Shown here piece by piece: positions 49,157 to 60,520 of a stretch of DNA of 64,000 nucleotides (position 1 is the stretch's first letter; each line of letters starts with the position of its first letter). The stretch is from contig NC_058368.1 in the NCBI RefSeq assembly GCF_018350175.1, positions 225,744,001 through 225,808,000 on the forward strand, read 5' to 3'. A program made the translations under genes and the position numbers. The notes under the pieces were generated by a model, which saw only the letters and a program-made list of their open reading frames with translations, searched no databases and was not told where the DNA came from. Origin of the DNA: Felis catus. Taxonomy: Eukaryota.

Positions 49157-49364
49157 TTCTTTTTTTTAAAATATATTTTAAAATCTATTTTGAGAGAGCG
49201 CAAGTGGGGGCGGAGCAGAGAGAGAGGGACGGGGGATCCAAAGCGGGCTCTGCGCTGACAGCCGTGAGACCAATGTGGAGCTCAGACTCGCAAGCCGTGA
49301 GACCATGACCTGAGCCGAAGCTAAGAATCGGACTCTCAACTGCCTGAGTCACCCAGTGGCCCCC
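49157..49364 (-). mobile_element. CanSINE
   Basis: Antisense copy ending GAGTCACCCAGTGGCCCC. Confidence 0.85.
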
Positions 49365-49635
49365 AATTACTTCTTTTCATGAATCTGTGGATTAAGATTG
49401 CATTTGTGTATGGGTTCTCCCCTCGTTCCCCTCCCTCTTCACCCCACCCTTTTCTGTTTCAGAGAATAGACACCCAACTCCCTGTTAACCCTGTCAGACA
49501 CCTGCCCCAGTACTCTGTTCACCACAGATGTATTAAGGCCAGTTGGAAGCCGAGCATTGGTCTCACATTGTGGATTTTGCACAGGGTCTGTCAGATGCAC
49601 CCGCGGTGATGCCCTGTTTCTGCCCTGATTCAAAC

Positions 49636-49909
49636 TTTTCATTTCATTTTTTTTTTTTTTTAACATTTATTTTTAGACAGAGAGAGACAGAGCATGAACG
49701 GGGGAGGGTCAGAGAGAGGGAGACACAGAATCTGAAACAGGCTCCAGGCTCTGAGCTGTCAGCACAGAGCCTGACGTGGGGCTCGAACTCACGGACCGCG
49801 AAATCATGACCTGAGCCGAAGTCGGCCGCTTAACTGACTGAGCCACCCAGGCGCCCCGCATTTTCTTTTTTTTAGAGAGCGCAGGTTGGGTAGAGGAGCA
49901 GGGGGGGGG

Positions 49910-49962
<53 letters not shown>

Positions 49963-50094
49963 TGAGAATATCCCAAGCAGAGTCCACACTCAGTGCAGAG
50001 CCTGACACTGGGCTCAATCTCATGAACCATGAGATCATAACCTGAGCTGAAATCAAGAGTGGGCGCTTAACTGACTGAGCCACCCGGGCACCCC
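49636..50094 (-). mobile_element. Two CanSINEs: a younger copy (~49646-49857) nested in the tail of an older one (~49860-50094)
   Basis: Outer TSD TCTGCCCTGAT(TCA/CCT)AAC at 49619-49635 and 50095-50111; (GA)n ~49913-49957. Confidence 0.88.
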
Positions 50095-50563
50095 TCTGCC
50101 CTGATCCTAACGGACAGAGGAGAGACCCTTTTTCTCCAGTAGACTTTGTAACATTTTCACCCTCTAGGACCTTCCTCAGGGGAATCTTAGAAGAAATAAC
50201 CACTTACACATTTTTATCAGCAGCCATTTTAGCCGAGCATCTCGATCGTTTCCGTTTCGAGTCAAATCAGGTCCCCATTTGGGCACAAGTTGTAGGAGCA
50301 GACAAGCGTGGCAGGCAAGTACAGGGCTTGAAGGCTTCGCGACTGCTCTTTTCTCACTCTCGGCCACTCGCACAGAGGTTGTTATCAGGCTTGACCGTCC
50401 TGTGAATACGGGACCTCCGCGTTCACAGAGTGCAGGCCGCCCCGCTTGCAAGGATTCGGCCCTCGGCGAACGGAAGCTGTGGCCTTGGAAGAGTAGGAGC
50501 CTGAAGGGTCTAGTCCGGGCTTGTTCGCTTCACTTCCCAGTGTGGCGGGGACCCACCAGATAC

Positions 50564-51038
50564 TGGGTTAGTTTCCTGGGGCTGGGGTAACAAGCCATCG
50601 TAAACGTGGTGGCTCAAAGCGACAGAAATCTCTCCCCTCACTGTTCTGGAGGCCACCAGCCCAAAATCAGTGCCACTGGGCCAACGTCGAGGTTCTTGCA
50701 GGGCTGTGCCCCCTCCGGAGGCTCTAGGGAAGCATCCCCTGCCTCTTCCTTCGGGTGGCTTCGGGTGGTGGCTTGTCGTGCGTGTCTTGTGGCCACGTCC
50801 CTCCACTCTCTGCCCTTGTGCTCACCCCCTCCTCTTCGTCCTCGTCAAACTTCCCTCCTACAGGGACCCTCGTGGTTGTACTTGGGGCCCACCTGGACAG
50901 CCCCGGACAGTCTCCCCATCTCCTGGCCCTTGACTCAATCACACACAGTGCATCCCGCTTCCGTAGAAAGTGGCATTTTGCAGGTTTCGGGGATGGGAGA
51001 CCTGGCGTCTCTGGGGGCCGTCATCCCGCCAGCTGCAC
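50564..51038 (-). mobile_element. MLT1C/D-like MaLR LTR, unusually GC-rich
   Basis: TTAGTTTCCTGGGGCTGGGGTAACAA...GTTCTGGAGGCCA...GGAGGCTCTAGGGAAG...GGGGCCCACCTGGA...TCTCCCCATCTC follow the MLT1 layout. Confidence 0.8.
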
Positions 51039-53175
51039 GGCCTGGGCTTCTTCATCCCGTGACACGGCCGAGACCAACCCAGGCCACTCGGCCGGGTAGG
51101 GTGGACTGAGACCGTGGAACAGGAGTGCCCTGGGCCCAGTAGCTTCCGTGCGGCCCGGTCCGCTCTGCCGCGTCATCTGAACATCATGGGGTGTGTTCAC
51201 TCGGGCGACCTGTGCTGAGCGCCTTTCTGTTCAGGGCCTGCTGGCGGCCCTGGGCTGCCAGGGGCATCCAGGCCCACCCCGGCCCCGGCGCCCCAGGTGA
51301 GCTCTCAGACCCCATCCTGCACGCCAGGCGCTTGCCCCAGGCCAGGCTTTCTCTGAGGGTATGAGCCCAGCGGCACTGCTCCGAATACAGCATTTCTACT
51401 GCACAAAGGCAGAAGGTCGGGATTAACTCTGCTCTCTCCCAGCGCCCCTCGGCCCGCGATGAAGGAGCACAAGTGCCGGCCTCGGCCTCCGTTAGTGGAG
51501 GCTTTGGAGACAAAGACCCATTTGAGCCCTGCGGATAGTGGGCAGGGGCCTGACTCTGCAGACTTTGCAGCCCAGGCCCGGCTGAGACGAGTGGGTCTCC
51601 GGGAAGCTCCCATCTCGAGCCAGATGCTGTTACGGAGACGCCATGGCTTTAGCCAGAACCGCCAGCCGCTGTCGCTGCTCACGTTGGCTTTAGGACAGCA
51701 ACTGGCAAAGCAAGAGCGAGCCGTCGGGCTCCCGGGGCCATTCTCTCCCCTCCCGTCTCAGCGTCCCCGCTTCCCACGACGGTTTTGGCTAAAGAGCTGA
51801 TGCTTCTGCTGTTATGAATTTCGTTTTATTCCTCCTCTCCCCCCCTCCCCCCCATTGCTATTTTTAATACCATCTCAGATGCTTAGTATGAAGGACATGG
51901 GCAACAGTGTGGAGATCTTTCACGTGAAATCATCTTTGTGGAACCTGCTGGAATCCACGTCTCTGTTACAAGTCGGCAGCAGGAGCAGCCTGCAGCTGTG
52001 GGGGGTGGTTCGCGCTCACTCCTGTTGTGTACCTTGAGTGCACACTTCCCTGTGTGAGCCCCTTCGTCCAGGCCCTGGGGGACCCTCCTGCAGCGTGGAA
52101 AATCCCTCTGCAGCCATAGGCTGTTGCTCGACCGTCCCCTGCCTCCCTCTCCTCGCAGAAGAGCCTGTCCTTCTGCCACCGGCTCCCTTTCACATCCTCT
52201 TCCAGCACCGCCCTGTGCGGCGGGAGGGGGGCTCAGCAGGTCCCCACGCGGCCGCTCGTTTTCAACCTCTGTCCCTTCGTACCTTTCCTCCTGCGAAATC
52301 TGCACTGTCCGTTTACTCCATTTTCTGGTCACAGTTGAGCATGGGCCATCAGGGATTGTGGCGGGTGGACTCGTGTGCCTCAGTTCCCTGTCCCTGCGTC
52401 CTGTAACCTGGATTTGGTCACCCACTTGCGTGGCCTCATCTTTGACCTGAGCCACCAGAAGCACTGTGTCTGCAACCCCTACAGAGGCTGAGAGTCACCC
52501 CTCAGGATACCCTCTGGCCAGCCCCCAGCCCCTCACTCCTGCTGAACCGGCTCTGCCCTCAGGGTAAGTGCCGTCCTGCTCTGCCTCTTACCCGCCCCTC
52601 TGCCCTGCACAGCCCCCACCTGCTCGGTGCTCAGTGGCTGCAGGTCTGCTGTCCTTGCCATTCTGAATGTCCTTGTCCCCACAGCCCAGCAACCATGCTC
52701 ATTTTCCCCACTTTAATAAGCAAGCAAGCACCCCATGATGTCACCCACTTCCTCCACTCTTGGGGCTGGTGCTATCAGAGAAGGGTCGTATGACAAGGTG
52801 AGTGTTAGTGCCAGAATTTAGTCTCTCCTACTTTCCAACTTCAGCTGAGGCATCACTAGTGTTCGTAAGCCCTTGGATTCTTTGGAATTGTTTCTTTGCT
52901 TTGTTTGCTGTGCCATCTAACCCCAAAGTATTTGAGGCAGCTTGTGAGGAACATAAAAAACAAGGCTATTTTTAAAAGGTGTAAGTAGAGGAATAGATTC
53001 TAATATGGTGACCAATATTGAGCAACAGATTGATCCCTGTGCTTACTGGCAGCCAAGGTAAAAAGGGAACCTAGATCCACTGAATAATTCTAATAGTCTG
53101 ATGAAAGAATGCAAGCAATTTCAAGAAACTTTTTTTTTTCCTGGGACTAAATTTTAAGAATTTATCACACAGATC

Positions 53176-53225
53176 TCCCTCCCTCCCTCCCTCCCTCCCT
53201 CCCTCCCTCCCTCCCTCCCTCCCTC

Positions 53226-53290
<65 letters not shown>

Positions 53291-53440
53291 TTTTCTTCTT
53301 CCTCCCTCCCTCCTTCTCTTCCTCCCTTCCTCCTTTCCTCCCTTCCCCCCTTCCCCCTCCCTCCCTCCCTCCTTCCTTCCTTCCTTCCTTCCTTCCTTCC
53401 TTCCATCCATCCATCCATCCATCCATCCATCCATCCATCC
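53176..53440. repeat. Compound microsatellite (CCCT)n-(CTTT)n-(CCTT)n-(CCAT)n
   Basis: Directly visible; occupies the tail position of the adjacent antisense SINE. Confidence 0.95.
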
Positions 53441-53565
53441 AAAGTAGGCTCCATGCCCAGCATGGAGCCCAATGTGGGACTTGAACTCACAGCCCTGAAA
53501 TCAAGACCTGAGCTGAGATCAAGAGTCACCTGCTCTTAACCAACTCTTAGCCACCCAGGCACCCC
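53441..53565 (-). mobile_element. Short CanSINE
   Basis: AAAGTAGGCTCCATGCCCAGCATGGAGCCCAATGTGGG...CCACCCAGGCACCCC. Confidence 0.85.
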
Positions 53566-53743
53566 TAATAGATCTTTGATAGGGGATACTGAAGAACAAA
53601 AGGGACAACATCTTTGGAAAGATGGAAAAATGCAGAAACCGCCTCATGGCCATTTCTAATATCCATTAAAACTGGTAGCTGGGTGTATAATATTAAGATG
53701 CAGTGCAATGAAGAAAGTAAGCCCGTCAAGAAAGCAAATGAGA

Positions 53744-53961
53744 GGGGCTCCTGGGTGGCTCAGTCGGTTGAGCATCCGGCTTTGGCTCAGGTTATCATCT
53801 CACGGTTCACAAGTTTGAGTCCCATGTCAGGCTCTGTGCTGACAGCTCTGAGCCTGGAGCCTGCTTCGGATTCCCTGTCTCCTTCTGTCTCTGTTCCTCC
53901 CCCACTCGCACTCTGTGTCTGTCTCTCTCAAAAATAAATAAACATTAAAATTTTTTTTTAA
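53744..53961 (+). mobile_element. CanSINE (SINEC_Fc type)
   Basis: TSD AAAGCAAATGAGA at 53731-53743 and 53962-53974. Confidence 0.92.
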
Positions 53962-54401
53962 AAAGCAAATGAGATCCAAGTATGCGTTTTTTTTCTGTTG
54001 ATTTCACTTGAGCCTCAACATAAGCTCAAAATACCTAAAGGATGAATAGATAAAAACCTCCTTTCTCAAATCACTGTTGTCTCAGTTCTCCTTTTGTCGG
54101 TACCATTTCAAAGCCCACCGTAAATGGCACCTCTGTTATTGGGACTGTCTCGAGCAGCCATACTCTCTCTCTCCCTCCATACACCGCCTCAGTGCATGCT
54201 AGGTCTGCCCCACTGAACACTCAAGTCTCCGAGGCAGGACCATGTGTGATACAGGGCTCCATCTCCCAAGGCACCTATCCAAGTGTTTTACAAATAGCAG
54301 GCTCTGAAATACTCGTGGACACATTGCCTGAATTAATTCTGGTACCAGAGGTGTATACTGAATGGTTTGATAATTTCTAGAGTTGAAAGATCTAAGCATT
54401 C

Positions 54402-54641
54402 TATTTTATTTTATTTTATTTTTTTAATTTTAAATAAAAATTTAATGTTTGTTTTTGGGAGAGAGAGACAGAGCACAGGCAGGAGAGGGACAGAGAGAGA
54501 GGGAAACAGAGAACCTGAAACAGGCTCCAGGCTCTGAGCTGTCAGCACAGAGCCCGACGCGGGGCTGGAACTCACGAGCTATGAGATCATGACCTGAGCC
54601 GAAGTTGGACGCTTAACTGACTGAGCCACCCAGGCGTCCCC
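54402..54641 (-). mobile_element. CanSINE (SINEC_Fc type) ending ~105 nt upstream of exon 3
   Basis: TSD ATCTAAGCATT at 54390-54400 and 54644-54654. Confidence 0.92.
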
Positions 54642-54745
54642 ACATCTAAGCATTTTTAATAGCTCAGAAGATTTCTACGTTGAGAAATGCTTCGAGAGAA
54701 AAACGCCTCCATTAATGTTTCATTCTTTGCCTCTCCTTGTTTCAG

Positions 54746-54776
54746 GTGCACAGTTGTGGAGAAGCCTCAGTGAAAG
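54746..54776 (+). CDS. RETREG1: RETREG1 exon 3 (31 nt)
   Basis: Acceptor ctctccttgtttcAG|GT, donor GAAAG|GTAGGG. Reads (G)AQLWRSLSE(S), continuing exon 2 in phase 1 and matching FAM134B. Confidence 0.95.
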
Positions 54777-54874
54777 GTAGGGAACTTGGTTTTCAATGTC
54801 ATGGCTAACGGAGGGCAGGTGACTGCACCTCCAAGGTGTCCAGTGGGTTCAAACACATAGTTGGTTCTCTCCTT

Positions 54875-55420
54875 CTTTAAAATGGACTTTATTTTTTAGA
54901 ACAGTTGAGATGTACAGACAAATTGAAAAGATAGTACAAGGTTCCCATATATAGATAGTACACCCCCACCTTTCTTCTGTTAACATTATTACATTACCAT
55001 GATGTATTTGTGATGATTAATGAAACAATAGTCAATATATTCTTATTAACTAAATGTCCACACTGTGTGCAGATTTCCCTAGTTTTTGCCCAATGTTCTT
55101 TTTTTTTTGTTCTAGAATCCTGTCCAGGATTCCTCAATGTGTTTCATAGTCGTGTCTCCTTCCACTCCTCTTGGCTGTGACAGTTTCTCAGACTTTTCTT
55201 GTTTTTGTCGACCTTGATAGTTTTGAGGAGTCCTAGTCAAGTATATTATAGAACCCCCCTTTACTCTGGGGTTATGGGTTTTGGGGAGAAGCCAACAGGG
55301 GTGAAGTGCCATTTCCATCACTCCGTGTCAAGGGTACTTCCTCCCATTGACGTGATGTATCACTCACGATGCTAACCTTGACCACCTGGCCAAAGTGGTG
55401 CTTGTCAGGTTTTTCCAAGT
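54875..55420 (-). mobile_element. L1MC-like 3'UTR fragment
   Basis: GACTTTATTTTTTAGAACAGTTGAGATGTACAGACAAATTGAAAAGATAGTACA terminus; CTTGACCACCTGGCCAAAGTGGTGCTTGTCAGGTTT. Confidence 0.75.
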
Positions 55421-56309
55421 TGGTTATGGGTGTCTGTTTGGGAAATCAAATGAAGACCAGAAGGCTATTGATGAGAACAGGACCAGAGAGTGATCTGAAA
55501 GGGTGGTGACGTGCCCTTGTGGCTTGCAGGCCACTCTAGGCGTGACCCCACCCCTGGCCTGGCAGTACAGGTCCCAGGTCCCAGTCCTGTTTGTTGCAGG
55601 CACGCTGGAGCTCCTTGGGCATGTCCTGGCCTTCTGTGCACGTGCAGAGAGTGACCCGGCTCCCTAATTTGGGGCAGGGGGAAGATTCCACCCAGCGGGC
55701 TAGTGTGATTCCATAGGAATCTTAAAAAGCACTTTGTGCTCTCTGGCGAGTAGCCTTTCAGATTTACTGGTGCTTATTTTGACCCGTGAAGGTATCGCGT
55801 GCCTGCTTTTCTAGAGGCCTTGCCGTCCAAGCCCTTCTAGCATAGCCTAGAACACGTTGCCTGTTTAGAAGCTATTGGAGTGTCTGATCATGATTTGGAA
55901 AAAAGTATCAGTGAGCACAGCAGGACCCAGGGACCCCCTTTGCCAGCGCACTGGCTTTGGTCAGGGAGTGAGTAGCACCTTATAACATGCCTTTTGTGTA
56001 GATTTGTAATATTTCACTACTTGGGGAAAGTGCCCGTGTGCCCCCAGGGAAGGCGTGATCATGGAAATAACCTTTTCAAGGAAAGGTCTCATTCACTTCA
56101 GAATTGCCCAGATACATATTCAATTCACCTCCATCCCCGCGCCCCCCCCCCCCCCGCCCCCCGCCAGCTGATGATCTTGCCAAGTTCTCTCTGGGCCTCA
56201 GTTTCTCATCTGCTGACTGAGGAGGTAAGAGAGACAATAGTTTCAAATATCCCTCCCAGCCGTAAAGAGTCTGTAATACAATTTGAGGGGTTTGTTGTAT
56301 TTGAGATGT

Positions 56310-57190
56310 TGTGATTTATAATAAGAATATAGATTTGGTCTTTGTCCCCAAGTTTCAAGGACAGAGTCCTAAAACCTCTGCAGTTGCCTAATTGTTGAGA
56401 CAAAGGTGTCTTTTGTCCATGTTAATGAAGTGGCTTTTCCACCACACCTAAGGACCGGCGGGGAGGAGGGAAGGTGGGAGGAGGGGGAAGGGTTGGTTGG
56501 CTGGGGAATTAACCTTGTGATTTGAGGTTTGGAACTTTCAGTCCCTCCCCCTTTCTCTGGGGAGCGGGGAGGGGGCTGGAGGTTGAATCAACCATCCATG
56601 GCCAATGATTTGATCAGTCGTGCCTGTGTAATGAAGTCTCCATAAAACCCCAGGGGACAGTGTTTGGAGAGCTCCCAGGTTGGTGAACACCCAGAGATTT
56701 GTGGGGAGCAGCACTGTTTCCCCGCACCTTGCCCCGTGCTTCTCTTCCATCTGGATGTTCCCGAGTCACATCTTTTGTAACAAAACCGTAATCTCGTAAA
56801 TAAAATGCTTCTGAGTTCTGGGAGCCCCTCTAGCAAATTCATGGAACCAAGGCAGGGAGGGGGTCGTTGGAACCTCCAGTCTGTAGCCAGTTGGTCAGAG
56901 GTGTGGGTGACTACCTGGGCTTGTGAATGGCACCTAAGTGGGGGAAGAGGGCAGGAATTTTGTCGGACTGAGCCCTTGACCTGTGGGGTCTGACGCTACC
57001 CCCAGGTAGATAATGTCAAAATCAAGTTGACTTGTAGAACACTCAGCTGGTGACCTGGAGTCTCTAGGTGGTGCGGTCAACATCCCCCTCCTGCGCTCCA
57101 CCCCACCCCCCACCCCCCACCCCCCACCCCCCAGGTCAGAATTGGTACTAGAATTATAGTTGGTGATCAGAAGTGGGAGCAAAGAATCAT
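56310..57190 (+). mobile_element. MER21-family solo LTR
   Basis: TGTGATTTATAATAAGAATATAGATTTGGTCTTTGTCCCC start, GGCCAATGATTTGATCAGTCGTGCCTG, CTGAGTTCTGGGAGCCCCTCTAGCAAATT and GGACTGAGCCCTTGACCTGTGGGGTCTGACGCT are characteristic of MER21. Confidence 0.85.
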
Positions 57191-57754
57191 TCCGTTTCTT
57201 TCTTATTGTTATTACGTTTTTGTTTGGCCAGGGACACTTTCACAGTGATTTAATCCACCGCAGAAGGGATACTTCCTGATATTTTTTCACTGCAGTTTCT
57301 ATTGTGTCATTGTATTCTGTTCTCTTTTCATCATGGAGATGTGGAATTAAAATATTTATTCCTCTAATTTCTTTGATTTGATATGTTGCTTGCAGTGATT
57401 CCTGGTGTCTGGTGCTGGGTAGTGCTTGTGTTTTTAACATCGAAAAATTCAAAACCGCTTTCTTTGAAGGACAGAAAGCAGTGCTGTGTAAGAGGATCTT
57501 TGGGGGCAGAGAGGCGCCATTTTGCTCATGTGCGCCGTGGGGGGTTAGGCTCTTTGCACTTCCTGGTAACTTTGTCCTGTGTCGCATATTGCTAGTGGTT
57601 TGTGCTCAGTCTCACAATGGGCCAGGCCTTCTCTCTGTGAGGCTTTAACCTTTTCGTTGAAAGATCATTAAGTTCACTGTAAAAAGGTAAATCAAGTAAT
57701 GGACATTCTGTCTTCGTAATGCCATCGTAATGCTTTTAAATGGAAAAGGAGCCC

Positions 57755-58517
57755 CTTGAAAATGGAACCTTTGTGTACTATTGGTGGGGACGTAAATTGG
57801 TTGCAGCCACTATGGAAGACAGGATGGAGGTTCCTACAAAATTAAAAAGAGAATTACCATATGTGTGAATTACCATATGATCCAGCATCCCGCTTCTGGG
57901 TATATGCCTGAAGGAAATGGGCTCACTCTTGCAAAGACGTGCCTGGACCAGCATGGTTATTGCAGCATCATGCACAACAGCCAAGACGTGGAAACAGCCT
58001 AAGCCTCCCATTGGTGGACAAATGGATAAACAGGTACATATATCCAATGGAATATTATTTAGCCATAAAAGCAGAAGGAGATTCTGCTATTTGTGTGAAA
58101 TAAGTCTAAATGAAATACCTTATGATCTCACTTATATGTGGCCTCTAAAAAATCTGCTGATAAAAATGGAGAGGAGATTGGGAATTGCCAGGGGCTGGGA
58201 GGGGAGGGAAACGAGGAGGTGTGGCCTAAGGGCATACACTTGCAGGTGTAAGCCCCGGGAGTCCTGGGGATCTAATGTGAAACATCGCTACCCTGGTTAA
58301 CAGAGCCATATAGTAGACTCCAAAGTTACCGAGAGTAGACCTTCTATGTTCTCACCACCACCACAACAAAATGACAGTTGTGTGAGGCGAGGGGTGCGTT
58401 AACCACCTGTGTGGTAATCCCTTCACAATTTATGTGTGTATCAAGCCATCATATCGTACACAGTAAACCTCTGCGATGTTACATGTCAACTGTATTCTCA
58501 ATAAAGCCGAAGAAAAG
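57755..58517 (+). mobile_element. L1 (L1MA9-like) ORF2 end and 3'UTR fragment
   Basis: GCAGCCACTATGGAAGACAGGATGGAGGTTCCT, ACAGCCAAGACGTGGAAACAGCCTAAG and terminal CTCAATAAAGC; small internal duplication of GAATTACCATATG. Confidence 0.85.
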
Positions 58518-59727
58518 GGACCTCCTTCCTTCCCTGTAGTCTAATGGCTTCTTCTTTCACCGACTTGTCACTTCCTCCTGGGGAAAATGTGCTTCTGTCA
58601 GTGAAGCCGAAAGTATTTCTCCCAAAATTTCGCGTGAAGATGGTGACGTGTGTGTATACTTACATATGTGTGTAGTTTCTCTGGACATTTGACAAAGGCT
58701 GTTCCTAGTGTTCACGTGGGTGTTACTTGTACACGACGGTAAAGCCAGCATCTAGTCTGACGTGGTCATCAGTAATGAAAGCTGGATAATTTTAATCAGA
58801 TGCTACTCACAGAACGGCTTTTGTACCTGGAAAGTTGATTTGGTGAAAATGTGGTTCATAGTGTTTCAGTTCTGAGAAGGGCTCGTGCTTGACCTATTTC
58901 CTTAATGAACAGTTAACACTGACTCTACAACCTGGACAGGGTGTTTCCAGAGCCATCTGTCAACTGAACCCAATTCACATCTTAGGGCTCATTCCTAGTA
59001 TTGAAATGCAACCTGACCCGTAGCGTCATAAGGGCTTTTTATTTCTGCACGTGACTGTCGCAGCTGACTGAATAAAATCATCTGTTAACAAAGGACATGT
59101 TGTCCACATTGCCTTTTAAAAACCTAAAATTGTTTTTATTTTGGCCAGGTTTTTCGAAGTGTAAGTTTGAGAGAAATGACTTGCCTATATAGAGAGATCA
59201 TTCAAAATTTCTTTACAGAGTTCTTTAATAGTTTTGTACGTTATAACCAGATTAAGGAGCTATTCGCATCAGAAAACTTCTTTTATTGTTCGGTTCCAAT
59301 TTACAGAAAATATCTTTTTTTTTTTTCTTCCATGGCAACTAAAGAGTTTGAAAATTATGGCTGAGAGCGCTGGGATTTCCTACCAGACATCCTTGAAATC
59401 CCGATATCTGTAGCAATGTGTCCTTCACAGGAATTGGGGAGTGGCTTTCCAGTGACTCATGAGGACATCAGGTCTACTCTGCCTTACCTGGAGCTGACTG
59501 TGCAGGGGCATAGCAGAGAATTAACAGTCAGGGTTTCTAGAGCCAGCAGGGATTAGCAAGAGTTGTGAGCTTTTTGCCTGGATCTTGGTCACATGGTTGA
59601 GGTTCTGACTCCCCTGCCGTCAGGAGAAATAGTTGTGTGGCCCCACTGCGAGGGATGAAATGCCCTTCTGCCTTGTCAGCTTCCTGATAACTGCCAGTCA
59701 GAACATTCTAGCTGGTTCTATTACTAC

Positions 59728-59764
<37 letters not shown>
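59728..59764. repeat. (TAT)n trinucleotide microsatellite
   Basis: About 12 TAT units, preceded by TAC units. Confidence 0.95.
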
Positions 59765-60316
59765 TTGCCCCCAGCGAAAAGGAGCCAAGAATCTTTGGTT
59801 GCAAAACCCAAGTCCTGAGCTTGCCCCGGCTCATATGCCCAGAACTAATTGGAGTGTTTAAGGAAGGGATGTCTAATTAATTAAATCCTTGAGCACGACA
59901 TTCTGTGTCTGTTAAAAGTGAAAAGTCATCTACCATTTGCTAAATTGTCTCTTCTGAGGAATAGAATTTAGTGTGAAAACCGCATTTTTGGTTATTTATG
60001 AATCATCCTTATCAAAATTGCATAGAGAAGGTAAACTACTAAGTAGAAAGCATTGAACATGGTATCTTATTTGGTGTCCTTTCTTTGCCGTTAGACACAG
60101 AAACAGTATCGACTCATACATTGAAACTAGTCGATTTTACAGTTTGGGCATTTTTGAGTGTGCCTAAAAGTGACCTTATAACTTGTGTTTTGTAACCTTG
60201 TCCCTGTACCTTTGTAATAAGGCATAATATTGAAATCTGTATTTTTTCAATTTAATTTCAGCCAGAAGTGTAGACAGGGAGCCACATCTCCATGAGCTTT
60301 GAAAGACAGCTTTGCC

Positions 60317-60520
60317 GGGGCGCCTGGGTGGCCCAGTTGGTTAAGCCTACGAATTCAGCTCAGATCATGATCTCACTGTTCATGAGTTCGAGCCCCGTGT
60401 CGGGCTCTGTGCTGACAGCCAGAGCCTGGAGCCTGCTTCAGATTCTGTGTCTCCCCCTCTCTCTGTCCCTCCCCTGCTCACACTCTGTCTCTCTCAAAAA
60501 TAGACATAAAAAAATAAAGA
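60317..60520 (+). mobile_element. CanSINE (SINEC_Fc type)
   Basis: GGGGCGCCTGGGTGGCCCAG head, CT tract, A tail. Confidence 0.9.

Noticed and set aside
1208..60520. tRNA-like A/B boxes and many SINE-derived ORFs (e.g. 'AQVMISRSVSSSP')
   Set aside because: These are tRNA-derived CanSINEs, not tRNA genes or proteins. I recognised no true tRNA, snRNA, rRNA or CRISPR array.
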